A stretch of 64,000 bases of DNA from positions 320,001-384,000 of the forward strand of contig CAXXKM010000002.1 of NCBI GenBank assembly GCA_963664435.2. Reading direction: 5' to 3'. The notes below the pieces were generated by a model, which worked only from the letters and a program-made list of their open reading frames with translations, was not told the DNA's origin and searched no databases. Below are positions 20,392 to 30,048 of the stretch, in pieces. The translations under genes were made by a program, and so were the position numbers. Positions within the stretch are counted from its first letter, which is position 1, and each line of letters opens with the position of its first letter. This DNA comes from Longimicrobiales bacterium. GTDB lineage: Bacteria > Gemmatimonadota > Gemmatimonadetes > Longimicrobiales > Gaopeijiaceae.

Positions 20392-22143
20392 TTACGCCGG
20401 GTTCGTCTTCGCCCGGCCGGCCGCCGTGAAGTAGACCGCCAGCAGCAGCGCGGTCGCTCCACCGAAGGCGAACTTGGCGGCCGCCGGGAGGCCCGACGGG
20501 GAATAGAAGCCCTCGACGATCCCCGCGATCACCAGCAACCCGACCACTCCCGCGAGGAGGGAGAGCGCTTCCCGCCCTCGCGCGTGCAACGCCGCCCGGC
20601 GTGTGCGGCGACCCGGCGCCAGGACGGCGGAGCCGAGCCACAGCCCGGCGCCGCCCGCCAGGCAGATGGCGGTGAGCTCCATGAAGCCGTGGGGGAAGAC
20701 GAACGCCAGAATGACCCCCAGCAGCCCTTCGTTCGCGTAGAGCCCCAGAACCGTGCCCAGGTGCACGCCGTTGAAGACCAGCAGCAGCACGGTCAGCGAT
20801 CCCGCCAGAACGCCGCCCGCGAAGGCCAGCAGGGCAACCTGCACGTTGTTGGTGATGAGGCTCGTTGAGGCCAGCGGCATGAGCGTGCCCGGGATGTCGA
20901 CGTATTCGGCGTCGATGTCTCCCGCCGGGGTCGACTCCGCCCGCTCCAGCATGGCCGACGAGGTCATGTAGCGGGCCTGGACCGGATTCGACCGCACGAT
21001 GCCGTACGAGATGCCCATGGGGCCAAAGAGCAGCAGGACCGCAAGCAGGATGGGCCGTTGGTGCGTCCTGACCGCCCCTGGGAAACCGGATGCCAACCAG
21101 CGGCGCACCGAAACGATCGACTCCCCGGTGACCCGGTAGAGGAGATTGTGGCCGGCTCCGGCCCAGCGTTCCAGGCTGCGCAGCACCGACGCGGGGGCAC
21201 CGTACGTGCGGGCGCGTGCCAGGTCCGCGGTCATCCCGCGATACAGACGGCCGAAGGTCCTGAGTTCCCGCTCCGGAAGCTGCTTCAGCCCACCCCTTCG
21301 ACTCTCCCGCAGCAGCTCGGCGTACCGGGCCCATTCCTGTCGCTGCTCCCGCACCAGTGCGGCCGCCTGCAACCCCCACACGCCGCCCGCCGCGGCCCGG
21401 CGGGGTTCCTCCTCGTCGTGCAGCTGAACCAGGAGCTCGTCGGCCGTCACCGCTCCGAGCAGGGAATGGCCCTCGACGGACGGACGGATCGCCTGCAACA
21501 CCGCGCTCGCAACCGAGCGCATCGCCTCGGGCGCCAGGTCGTCGCGGCGGCGGCGATAGTTGCTCAGCAGTTCGAACTGCTCGGCCGAGAGGAGCGGGCG
21601 ACCGGCGGCCGGGACGGGCGAGGCTTCGGGCCAGGTCACTTCGCCCGCGCCGCCGTCACGCACCACGATGGTGTCGGCGGCCAGGTCGCCCAGTCGCTGG
21701 GAGCGGCCGGTGAGCATGATCACGCCCCCGCCGAGCACGCCTGTCACGGCCGGCTGGAAGTCGACGATGCGCAGCACGTTGCGGATCACCGAGCCACGCA
21801 CCGAGAGGGGCTGGCCGTTGGAGTGGAGCACGCGCAGGCGGAGCGCGCGTTTTCCGGGCGTCTGGCCGTCGCGCAGCAGCTCGAACAGCAGGAAATATCC
21901 CCACTGCAGCGCGAAGAAGCCGAGCACCAGTACGCTCGCGGCGAGACTCTCGCCCAGGGACAATCCGCCACCCCGCAGCAGCGCGTTGGCCATCGCGAAC
22001 AGGATCAGACCGCCCATGACGATCGCCATGTCGATCAGCAGAGCCGCCAGCCGCGAGCCCACGTCGGCCAGCTCGTAGTCCAGTCGGACGTGCTCGGGCG
22101 TCTCCACCCGGAGCCGGCGTCCCGCTGACGGCTTCTCCGACAC
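20392..22143 (-). CDS. RDD domain fused to SpoIIM/DUF95 membrane domain
   Basis: N-terminal ETPEHV...GSRLAALLID...GQTPGKR...QRLGDLAADT; C-terminal NNVQV...FNG...PHGFMEL...AGIVEGF. Confidence 0.88.
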   Translation of the reverse strand: MSEKPSAGRRLRVETPEHVRLDYELADVGSRLAALLIDMAIVMGGLILFAMANALLRGGGLSLGESLAASVLVLGFFALQWGYFLLFELLRDGQTPGKRALRLRVLHSNGQPLSVRGSVIRNVLRIVDFQPAVTGVLGGGVIMLTGRSQRLGDLAADTIVVRDGGAGEVTWPEASPVPAAGRPLLSAEQFELLSNYRRRRDDLAPEAMRSVASAVLQAIRPSVEGHSLLGAVTADELLVQLHDEEEPRRAAAGGVWGLQAAALVREQRQEWARYAELLRESRRGGLKQLPERELRTFGRLYRGMTADLARARTYGAPASVLRSLERWAGAGHNLLYRVTGESIVSVRRWLASGFPGAVRTHQRPILLAVLLLFGPMGISYGIVRSNPVQARYMTSSAMLERAESTPAGDIDAEYVDIPGTLMPLASTSLITNNVQVALLAFAGGVLAGSLTVLLLVFNGVHLGTVLGLYANEGLLGVILAFVFPHGFMELTAICLAGGAGLWLGSAVLAPGRRTRRAALHARGREALSLLAGVVGLLVIAGIVEGFYSPSGLPAAAKFAFGGATALLLAVYFTAAGRAKTNPA

Positions 22144-22151
22144 TGCGGAGC

Positions 22152-22574
22152 TTATGCGGCGGGCTCTGCGAACGACAGGGGAACCCGGCGGTGGCCGCGC
22201 TTCACGCGGTACAGGGCGAAGCGTCGCCTGTCCAGGGTGAACACCCTGTGGATCCTTAAGCGCTCCGCCGTGGCCACGATGGAGGCATCGGCGAAGTCCA
22301 TCGCCATGTCCGAGTACCGGTCCATGAGCTGGAAGCCGCGCATCAGGCTCTCGTCGTCCATCGGCAGAACCCGGAGCCCGCCCTGCCGCACGAACTCCAC
22401 GAGCCTGGGAGGACCCTGGCTTCCCGGCCGCAGGAGATGGAACGCCTCCGTGAGGACGGGCGCGGTCGTCACCAGCTCCTCGTTCACCGACTCCAGAACG
22501 GAGACGCAGTGCCGATGGTAGTCGTCGGCGGGAGTGAAGAGGGCCACCAGCGGTCCGGTGTCGACCAGAATCAC
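22152..22574 (-). CDS. vapC: PIN-domain toxin (VapC-like)
   Basis: ILVDTGPLVAL, VLTEA, MDFADASIVATAE, FTLDRR; GTGA overlap with the antitoxin stop. Confidence 0.9.
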   Translation of the reverse strand: MILVDTGPLVALFTPADDYHRHCVSVLESVNEELVTTAPVLTEAFHLLRPGSQGPPRLVEFVRQGGLRVLPMDDESLMRGFQLMDRYSDMAMDFADASIVATAERLRIHRVFTLDRRRFALYRVKRGHRRVPLSFAEPAA

Positions 22575-22834
22575 GATGCGTGCCTCCGTCGAATCACGAG
22601 CACCACCGCCTGCTTCGCCCGGGAGGAGGGCGCCAAGGCGTACCCGCCGGATGGAGGCAGGGGGATACTCCTGTAGACGTCGTACGGGCGCCGGGCGGCC
22701 TCCCTGTCCAGCTCCGCCGCAAGGGTGCGCAGCGCCTGCCGGATCACCTCCGAAATGGACAGGCCGGTCCGCTCGCGCAGATCGGCCAGGGTCATCTCCC
22801 CTTCCTCCCCGAGTCGCACCGTCCGAATCGCCAT
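22571..22834 (-). CDS. Ribbon-helix-helix (CopG-like) antitoxin
   Basis: IRTVRLGEE...LRERTGLSISEVIRQAL; immediately upstream of the PIN gene; the frame stays open to ATG 22957. Confidence 0.8.
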   Translation of the reverse strand: MAIRTVRLGEEGEMTLADLRERTGLSISEVIRQALRTLAAELDREAARRPYDVYRSIPLPPSGGYALAPSSRAKQAVVLVIRRRHAS

Positions 22835-22993
22835 CCAGCAACTGCCCCCGGCCAGAGGGAGGAGATCGCCGAGAACTCGAGCGCGACCACGGAGGCCGGC
22901 GCCGGCTCGCCCGGACGACAGGCGCCGATGCCCCGATCCCCCCTGCTTCGTGGGCATCGCGGCACGCCAATCGCATTCGCGAAAAGCCCGATC

Positions 22994-23011
22994 GTATTAC
23001 GACTGTAATAC
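22994..23011. promoter_or_regulatory. Inverted repeat GTATTAC-N4-GTAATAC, likely toxin-antitoxin autorepression operator
   Basis: Perfect 7-bp AT-rich arms upstream of the antitoxin. Confidence 0.6.
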
Positions 23012-23180
23012 AGTGCGGCGGTCACAACAAACCGGGGATGCTGTGACGTGCCGTCGGGGTGGCGAGAGTTCGCTCGGGGCCGGCGCAACCCGGGCGTGGG
23101 GGGCGCAGAACGCGACGTGCATCATCCTTTCCGGCCCGTGGTCCTGTCAGCGGTGTACAACCCGGGCGCGGAGAGTCCTC

Positions 23181-24020
23181 TCAGCGAGGCGGCGCGGAGC
23201 CCGTGGGTTGGCCTTCGCCGGTAACCGCGGGCTGGGGCTGCCAGGCGGCCGGGCTGGTGAGGTGCAGGGTGAGGCTCCCGGGCAGAACCGGAATGTTCGA
23301 TTTCATGTACACGAGGGCCCGGCGGTCGTCGTCGCTGAAGTAGAGTTCCGCCTCGCCCCCCTCGCCGAAGATTCCCCGGGTGCGGATGATGGGCTGCACC
23401 ACGATGGTCTGGAAGATGCCCGCGGGGACTTCCTTCTCCTCCTTGCGCAGCACCCGTATGACCACCGGATTCCCCGTGTCCTTGAAGTACCTGTTGAAGG
23501 TGTAGACATCGCCCACTTCCAGCGGAAGAGTGCGGATGAAGTAGACGAACGAGATGTCGTCGAGAGGGAGCGACGTGGGCAGGTCACCCGTTTCCTCGTC
23601 GTCCCTCCGTTCCCAGACCCCGCGCTCCGGGAACATCTCGTAGTGCCGATAGCGCTGCGACCCCACTTCGTCCTGGTCCTGGATGAAGCGGTGGCTGGTC
23701 AGCGTGCGGGTGTCGAACCAGGTCTGGAACTCGTCGTGCACCCGAGCGAAAAGTATGCCGCCGTCGATGCTCATGATGGCGTGGTACGCCGGGTTGCCCC
23801 GGACCGAATCGATCGCGGCGACCTCCAGCGATCCTTCCCCGGCGTTGAAGATCCCGAGCTTGACCTTGTATTCCAGGCGCTCGCCCACATCGAACGGCAC
23901 GGGAGCCTCGAGGGGCTCCGCCGGCGTGATCCAGGGCACGGGTGCCTGCGCGCGGGCGTGGGCCGGCGAGACCGCGGCGAGTCCCAGCGCGAGCGCGACG
24001 AGAGAGGTCGCGCGCGTCAT
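23181..24020 (-). CDS. DUF3108 domain secreted protein
   Basis: Signal peptide, PFDVGERLEYKV, EVPAGIFQT, LYFSDDDRR. Confidence 0.82.
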   Translation of the reverse strand: MTRATSLVALALGLAAVSPAHARAQAPVPWITPAEPLEAPVPFDVGERLEYKVKLGIFNAGEGSLEVAAIDSVRGNPAYHAIMSIDGGILFARVHDEFQTWFDTRTLTSHRFIQDQDEVGSQRYRHYEMFPERGVWERRDDEETGDLPTSLPLDDISFVYFIRTLPLEVGDVYTFNRYFKDTGNPVVIRVLRKEEKEVPAGIFQTIVVQPIIRTRGIFGEGGEAELYFSDDDRRALVYMKSNIPVLPGSLTLHLTSPAAWQPQPAVTGEGQPTGSAPPR

Positions 24021-24763
24021 GATCCCTGCGCTGCGGCGAAGGTTACCCGGCCGCGGGCCCGGCCCAGCCCCCGCAGCGTGCGCCAGGCCCGGAAACGCGA
24101 GCGGCGCACCCGCCGGTTGCGGGGTTCTTCGACCACGGCCTCCGCGACCGCGCGGGCGTGGGGAAGCGCGCGCCCGAGCAACTCCAGGTTGCCGGCCCAG
24201 CCCTCCCCGAGCCCGAACCCCTCCTCGCTCGCTTCGGCAAACATCTTCCGAAGCACCACGACGCGATACGCCCGGAAGCCACCGAACGGATCCGACACGG
24301 GCGCCGACCGGAGCGCCCCTCGCAACCAGTGGCGCCCCACCCAGCGGGTGAAGCGGGCCGAGCGGGTCAGTCCGGGCGGCTCCCCGGCGTAGGCCGCGCT
24401 GACGATGTCCGCGCCCCCTTCGATGGTCTTCATGAGGGGCACGATGCCCGCCGGGTCCTCGCTGAAATCGGCCTGAAGGGTCAGGGCCACGTCCCGCTTC
24501 GGATACTCCGCCCGGCGCGCGGCCTGGCGCAGCAGTTCTTCCGTGGCCCCCGAATAGCCCATTCTCTTCTTGCCGTAGAGGATCACGAGCGGTACGACGC
24601 GCCGGTAGCTCGACAGCAGCGAGCGCGTGTCGTCGCTCGAGCCGTCGTCGAGCACGAGAATCTCGTAGTCGCGCCCGAAGCCGGCCATGACCTGCCGGAC
24701 CTTCCAGAGAAGCACGCCGATGGTGTTCTCTTCGTTGCGAGCGGGTATGCAGATGTAGACCAA
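24017..24763 (-). CDS. Glycosyltransferase family 2
   Basis: ICIPARNEE, ILVLDDGSSDDT, QADF, DPFGGFRAYR; start approximate. Confidence 0.88.
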   Translation of the reverse strand: MVYICIPARNEENTIGVLLWKVRQVMAGFGRDYEILVLDDGSSDDTRSLLSSYRRVVPLVILYGKKRMGYSGATEELLRQAARRAEYPKRDVALTLQADFSEDPAGIVPLMKTIEGGADIVSAAYAGEPPGLTRSARFTRWVGRHWLRGALRSAPVSDPFGGFRAYRVVVLRKMFAEASEEGFGLGEGWAGNLELLGRALPHARAVAEAVVEEPRNRRVRRSRFRAWRTLRGLGRARGRVTFAAAQGS

Positions 24764-24853
24764 GCTGGACTCCGTGGGCCCGCGTGCATCCGTTCGGCGC
24801 TGCAAGATCGGGGCCGACCAGGACCGCGGGGGGCTGTTACAACAGGCTGGCGC

Positions 24854-25801
24854 TTATACCTGACCGCGCGGTGACGGTTCCGGCGCCCGCCCGGCGGCTT
24901 GCGTGCGTGGCCAGCGCCGGTGTTGCCAGAGATACTGGCCCGGATAGCGCCGCACCCAGCGCTCGAGGGCGGAGACGTGCGCTCGCGTCAGCGCTTCCAC
25001 GTCCCGGGCCGGCACACCGCTCGGTGAAATGGAGACCGGCTCGAGAACGAGGTGATGGGGAACGGGCGCGGCCGGATGATGGAGGGCTACGCCCAGCACC
25101 AGGGGCGCGCCGCTGCGGAGTGAGAGCAGGGCCGCGCCGCGGGCGGTCGAGGCCGGCTCGCCGAAGAAATCCACCATGAGGCCGCCCGCGTGGGCATTCT
25201 GGTCGGCGACCAGCACGACGACCCGGCCCCTGCGGAGCGACCGGAGCAGGAGGTGCGCCGGGTCGTCGCGCGAGACCACGTTCATTCCCAGTCGCCGGCG
25301 GGCCCGCACCAGTGCACGGTCGAAGAGCGGATTGTTCTGGGGGCGCACAACCACGTCCAGCGGAAGGTCGCGGCACGCCAGCGCCCCGCCCCCCGCCTCC
25401 CAGTTGCCGATGTGGCCGGTCACCAGGATGGCGCCCTCGCCGCGCGCCACCGGATCCGCCAGCAACTCCCACCCCTCCACCCGGGAGCGCGCGAGAATCT
25501 CGGCGGGAGTCAGGCGGGCGAGCCGGAAGGTGGTGGCCGCCGTGCGCCCGAGGTGACGGTAGCTCTCCCGGGCCACCCGAGCGCGCCAGGCGGGGGAACG
25601 CTCCGGGAAGGCGCGCGCGAGGTTCTCTCTCGTGACCCGCCGGCGGATGCGCAGCACGCCGCCGGCCAGCAACCCCGCCACCGCTCCCAGCCCCTGGATC
25701 CACCGCCCCGGAAGCAGCCCCGCGCACCCCGCGGCCAGGCGGAAGAGCGCGTACTCGACCCGGTGCCGGGTGCGCGCACGCCGTCCCTCAGACGCCCCCA
25801 T
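24854..25801 (-). CDS. lpxL: Lipid A biosynthesis acyltransferase (LpxL/HtrB family)
   Basis: TGHIGNWE, ADQNA, VDFFG, PGQYLWQHRRW. Confidence 0.9.
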   Translation of the reverse strand: MGASEGRRARTRHRVEYALFRLAAGCAGLLPGRWIQGLGAVAGLLAGGVLRIRRRVTRENLARAFPERSPAWRARVARESYRHLGRTAATTFRLARLTPAEILARSRVEGWELLADPVARGEGAILVTGHIGNWEAGGGALACRDLPLDVVVRPQNNPLFDRALVRARRRLGMNVVSRDDPAHLLLRSLRRGRVVVLVADQNAHAGGLMVDFFGEPASTARGAALLSLRSGAPLVLGVALHHPAAPVPHHLVLEPVSISPSGVPARDVEALTRAHVSALERWVRRYPGQYLWQHRRWPRTQAAGRAPEPSPRGQV

Positions 25802-25819
25802 GCCCGTTCCCCGCCGGAG

Positions 25820-27676
25820 TCAACCCCGCGCCGCGACCGCTTCCGGCGTGCGATGCCGCCCCGCCGACGACCCGCTCTGCATCTCGTAGAGCCGGCGGTA
25901 GAGCCCGCCCGCGCGCATGAGCTGGTCGTGGTCTCCGGCCTCCGCGATTCGGCCCCCGTCCAGCACGAAGATCGCGCGCGCGCCCTGCACGGTGGACAGG
26001 CGGTGCGCGATCACGAAGACGGTGCGCCCCTCGCTGAGCCGGTCGAGGGCGCGCTGCACCCGGCGTTCCGACTCGGTGTCGAGCGAGCTGGTGGCCTCGT
26101 CGAGGATCAGGATCGGGGGATCGCGCAGGATGGCGCGCGCGATCGCCAGCCGCTGGCGCTGCCCGCCGGAAAGCTCGGCGCCGCGCTCGCCGACCACGGT
26201 ATCGTAACCCTCGGGCAGCGCGTCGATGAATTCGTGGGCGCCCGCCGCGCGCGCCGCCTCTTCCACCTCCCTCGCTCCGGCCCCCGGCAACCCGTAGGCG
26301 ATGTTGGCGCGCACGGTGTCGTGAAAGAGCACGGTCTCCTGCGAGACGATCCCCATCATCGCCCGCAGGCTGCGCAACCGGAAGCACCGGATGTCCGTGC
26401 CGTCGATCAGGATCCTCCCCGAGCTGACCTCGAAGAACCGGCTGAGCAGATCCACCAGGGTGCTCTTCCCGGCCCCGCTCGGGCCCACCACGGCCACCAT
26501 GGTCCCGCGCTCGACCACGAGCGACACCTCCTCCAGCACGGGGCTTCCCTCACGGTAGCCGAAACCGACCCGGTCGAACACGATCTCGCCTTCGACGCCC
26601 GGGAACGGCAGCGCGTCCGGCCGGTCGCGGATGGCCGCGGGAGCGTCCAGGTATTCGAACAGCCTTCGGCCCCCGACCACCGCGGGCTGGATCATGGCGG
26701 GCAGTCTGCTCAGGTACTTGATCGGCCTGTAGAGCTTGGTGCTGAGCGCCACGAAGCCCATGAACGCGGGCCCGGTGAGTTCGCCCTGCACGAGCACCAG
26801 CCGGGTCCCGTACCAGAGGATGACGATGGTGCCGAGCGCGGCCACCATCTCCGTCACCGGAGCCGCCAGGGCGCGCATCCGCTCCGTGCGCAGGAAGGTG
26901 CTGAAGTAGTGTCCCGTCAGAGCATGGAAGCGGCCGCGTTCATAGTCTTCGGCCGCCGACCCCTTCACCAGGCGAATCCCCGAGAAGGTCTCCTGAATCC
27001 GCGCATTCACCCCGGCGGCCAGGTCGAGGACGCGCCCGTCCTCGCGCCGCAGCTTCTTCAGCATCGGCCCCCAGATGACCACCATGCCCGGAAGCACGGC
27101 AACCGAGAGCAGCGTCAGCGGGGGGGATACCGCGACCATGAGCGCCAGCACGGCGGCCACCTCGAAGACGGCCGAGATGCCCCGCATCAACTCGCGCGTG
27201 AACAGGGTCCGCACCAGTTCGACCTCGTGCGTCAGCCGCGAGACGATCTGCCCGATGCGCGTCCGCCCGAAAAACACCAGGTCGAGCTCGAGCAGGTGAT
27301 CGTGCACCTGGTCGCGCAGGTCGCGGGTCACTCCCTGCTCCACGCGCGCGGCGAGATAGGTCTTCAGGAAGTCGAAGACGTTCTTGACTGCGAAGACCGC
27401 GAGGATGAGCAGGATGAGCGCCTGCACCGCCTCCTGGGGTCCCGACGCGCCGGCGACGAAGCGGCCCGCGGTGGCGTCCAGCAGCCGGCCCAGCATCCCC
27501 TCGCCGACCCCGCTCGAGGCGCCCGCCTCCGGGGTCATCAGGACGCTCAGGAACGGGATCAGGAGCACCATCGAGAAGGCGTCGAAGGCGGCGAACAGTA
27601 CGCTCGCGGCCATCGCCCCCAGGAACACCGCGACGTAGGGCCTCAGATACCGCAGGATGCGGAGATACAGCCTCAA
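25820..27676 (-). CDS. msbA: MsbA-like ABC exporter (fused TMD-NBD)
   Basis: TM domain plus GPSGAGKST, LSGGQRQR, LILDEATS, IAHRLST; adjacent to lpxL. Confidence 0.88.
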   Translation of the reverse strand: MRLYLRILRYLRPYVAVFLGAMAASVLFAAFDAFSMVLLIPFLSVLMTPEAGASSGVGEGMLGRLLDATAGRFVAGASGPQEAVQALILLILAVFAVKNVFDFLKTYLAARVEQGVTRDLRDQVHDHLLELDLVFFGRTRIGQIVSRLTHEVELVRTLFTRELMRGISAVFEVAAVLALMVAVSPPLTLLSVAVLPGMVVIWGPMLKKLRREDGRVLDLAAGVNARIQETFSGIRLVKGSAAEDYERGRFHALTGHYFSTFLRTERMRALAAPVTEMVAALGTIVILWYGTRLVLVQGELTGPAFMGFVALSTKLYRPIKYLSRLPAMIQPAVVGGRRLFEYLDAPAAIRDRPDALPFPGVEGEIVFDRVGFGYREGSPVLEEVSLVVERGTMVAVVGPSGAGKSTLVDLLSRFFEVSSGRILIDGTDIRCFRLRSLRAMMGIVSQETVLFHDTVRANIAYGLPGAGAREVEEAARAAGAHEFIDALPEGYDTVVGERGAELSGGQRQRLAIARAILRDPPILILDEATSSLDTESERRVQRALDRLSEGRTVFVIAHRLSTVQGARAIFVLDGGRIAEAGDHDQLMRAGGLYRRLYEMQSGSSAGRHRTPEAVAARG

Positions 27677-29268
27677 TCCAGCGTGCTCCGGCCTCGGGGC
27701 TGCAGGCGCGCGACCGGTACGATCATCTCCTCCGGCGAGATGCCGCCGTGCAGGAACGACCCGCGGTAGCGTGACTGGTATTCCCGCAGCTTCGTGGGAT
27801 ACACCATGAAGTAGTCATCCCGGGCGACGACATAGGTCGTTCCCATCCGCCCCCCGGGCAGCCGCAGGTCGCGGGCCCGCTTGCTGCTGAAGACAGTGGA
27901 CCTGCTCGCCGTCCGCAGATCCACCCCGAACTTGTAGCGCAGATTGGTGGTGGCGTCCTTGCGGGCGTAGATGGTGGTCGGCCGGTTGCAGTGGATCGAG
28001 CCGTGATCGGTGGTGAGCACCACGGGGTAGCCCGCCGTCGCCGCTTCCTTCAGAACCTGAAAGGCGGTAGAGCGTTCGAACCAGGCACGCGTCAGGTTGC
28101 GCAGCGCGACCTCGTCCCTGGCCACCTCCATGAGCACCGGCGATTCGCTGCGTCCGTGCGTCATCAGGTCCACGAAGTTGAACACCAGCGCCACCAGCGA
28201 GCCTTCGGTGCTCACGGCCGAGCGGAAGCGCGCCCGCACCTGGTCGCCCTCCCGGTCGGTGAAGATCTTCTCGTAGTGCAGCGGCACGTCGCGACCGGTC
28301 AGCCGCCAGAGTTGAGCGGCCAGCAACTCGTCCTCGAAGGCGTTCAGGCTCCCTTCGTCGTCGGACGCATCCCACCAGCCGGGGCGGAGCCGGGCGATTT
28401 CGTCGGGGAACAGTCCGCCGAAGATGGCGTTGCGGGCGTATGGCGTGGCGGTGGGCAGGATCGAGTAATAGAGCTTCTCTTCGATCTCGAACATGGGGGA
28501 CAGCAGCGGCGCGATGACGCGCCACTGGTCGAGCCTCATGCAGTCGAGGATCACGAAGACGACGGGATCGGTGCCCAGCAGTGGCGCCACGTGCTTCCTG
28601 ACGATGTCGGTCGACAGCTCGGGCCGGCCGGATCCCGGGCCATCCACCCAGCGCGGGTAGTTTCGGGTGATCCACAGGCCGAAGTCGTGGCGCAGTTCAG
28701 CCATGATCCCGTTGACGGAATCCAGCAGACCGGTCTCTCCGGCCTGATCCAGACGGATGTGCCAGTCCACGAGCTCCGCATACAGGGAAGCGAACCGCTC
28801 ATGGGTGCGGACCTCCGCGCGCAGTGCCGAGAGTTGCCCGAAACGCGCCGCGAAATCGCGCGCCACCTGCTGCTGACGGATGCTCGAGCCTTCGAGGATG
28901 CGGGTGACGACCGAGAGGACCTGGCGGGGGCTGGTCGGCTTTACCAGATAGTCGTCGACGCGCCGCCCGATCGCCTCCGTCATGGTGCGGTCCTCCTCCG
29001 ACTTGGTCACCATCACGACGCGGGCATTGGGATCCTGCCGGCGCAGGAGGGCCAGCACCTCCAGGCCGCGGCGCCCGGGCATCTGCTCGTCGAGCAGGAC
29101 CAGGTCGTAGTGGTTCCGGCGCAGGAGGGCGAGGGCGTCGTCGCCGTTGGTGATCGCGTCCACGTGGTAGCCCCGCTGCTGCAGGAACAGCAGATGGGGG
29201 CGCAGCCGGTCGATCTCGTCGTCGACCCAGAGAATGCGCTTGGCGCGGGTGGCGGGCAGTGAGGTCAT
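27673..29268 (-). CDS. PorX-like response regulator with C-terminal PglZ (alkaline phosphatase superfamily) domain
   Basis: REC domain (WVDDE, LLDEQMPG, YLVKP); LDCMRLDQW, ILPTATPYARNAIF, TTDHG, FLHGGIS. Confidence 0.92.
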   Translation of the reverse strand: MTSLPATRAKRILWVDDEIDRLRPHLLFLQQRGYHVDAITNGDDALALLRRNHYDLVLLDEQMPGRRGLEVLALLRRQDPNARVVMVTKSEEDRTMTEAIGRRVDDYLVKPTSPRQVLSVVTRILEGSSIRQQQVARDFAARFGQLSALRAEVRTHERFASLYAELVDWHIRLDQAGETGLLDSVNGIMAELRHDFGLWITRNYPRWVDGPGSGRPELSTDIVRKHVAPLLGTDPVVFVILDCMRLDQWRVIAPLLSPMFEIEEKLYYSILPTATPYARNAIFGGLFPDEIARLRPGWWDASDDEGSLNAFEDELLAAQLWRLTGRDVPLHYEKIFTDREGDQVRARFRSAVSTEGSLVALVFNFVDLMTHGRSESPVLMEVARDEVALRNLTRAWFERSTAFQVLKEAATAGYPVVLTTDHGSIHCNRPTTIYARKDATTNLRYKFGVDLRTASRSTVFSSKRARDLRLPGGRMGTTYVVARDDYFMVYPTKLREYQSRYRGSFLHGGISPEEMIVPVARLQPRGRSTLD

Positions 29269-29331
29269 TCCGTTGGCTGGCTGGCCGCTGCCGGGGGTTC
29301 GGGAGCCGCCCGGGGGAGCGGAAGAAGGAGT

Positions 29332-30000
29332 CTACTCCATGCTGATGACATAGCGGAACCAGGCCGCCACGGGCATCCCGCCCCGGCGTGCCGGCTCGAA
29401 CATCCAGCGGGCAGCCTCCTGAATCAGCCGGCGATTGAAGTCACGGTCGGAGGTGGGCGGCATCAGGCGGACGGAGTCGGCCGCGACCCTCCCGGTCTCC
29501 AGAACGAAGACCCACACCTCGACTTCCCGGTCCCTCAGGCTTCGGTTGGAGGGGGGCAGGATCATGCTGCGGGGAGAGGGAGGGATCGTTCGCGACCTTC
29601 CTTCAGCGGCCGTGCCGCCATCCCCCCGCCCCTCGCCTTCCTCGATGCCGGGACCTTCGCCTTCGCCGGGACGCTCCCCCAGCAGGGACGCAAAGTCCAC
29701 TTCCACCGATTCCTCGAAGTCCACCGGCTCGACGTCCACCAGGACCGGAGCCGGCACGCGCGGAGGAACGATCGGGCGGGGGGGCGCCATCGCCAGGCGC
29801 AGCGCCTGCATGGAGCCCGAAGCCGCGCGGTTGTCGCCCGCGCGCGGACCCGCGGCGGCGTACGGGGATACGGTGGGCGCCGGCATGCGCCAGAAGAGGA
29901 ACAGGAACAGATGGAAGCCCAGGGACAGGCCCATCGCGACGCGCCAGAGTTTCCTCTCGCGCCGGCGGCGGTCCCGGTTGCTTGCGTTGCCCGGTGTCAT
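29332..30000 (-). CDS. TonB-like protein
   Basis: N-terminal TM with SLGFH (SxxxH), Pro-rich linker, C-terminal VWVFVLETGRV...WMFEPARRGGMPV. Confidence 0.7.
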   Translation of the reverse strand: MTPGNASNRDRRRRERKLWRVAMGLSLGFHLFLFLFWRMPAPTVSPYAAAGPRAGDNRAASGSMQALRLAMAPPRPIVPPRVPAPVLVDVEPVDFEESVEVDFASLLGERPGEGEGPGIEEGEGRGDGGTAAEGRSRTIPPSPRSMILPPSNRSLRDREVEVWVFVLETGRVAADSVRLMPPTSDRDFNRRLIQEAARWMFEPARRGGMPVAAWFRYVISME

Positions 30001-30048
30001 CGGTCTGATGGTGGCCAGTCCCTGCGGTGACGGAGAGCGAAAACCCGG

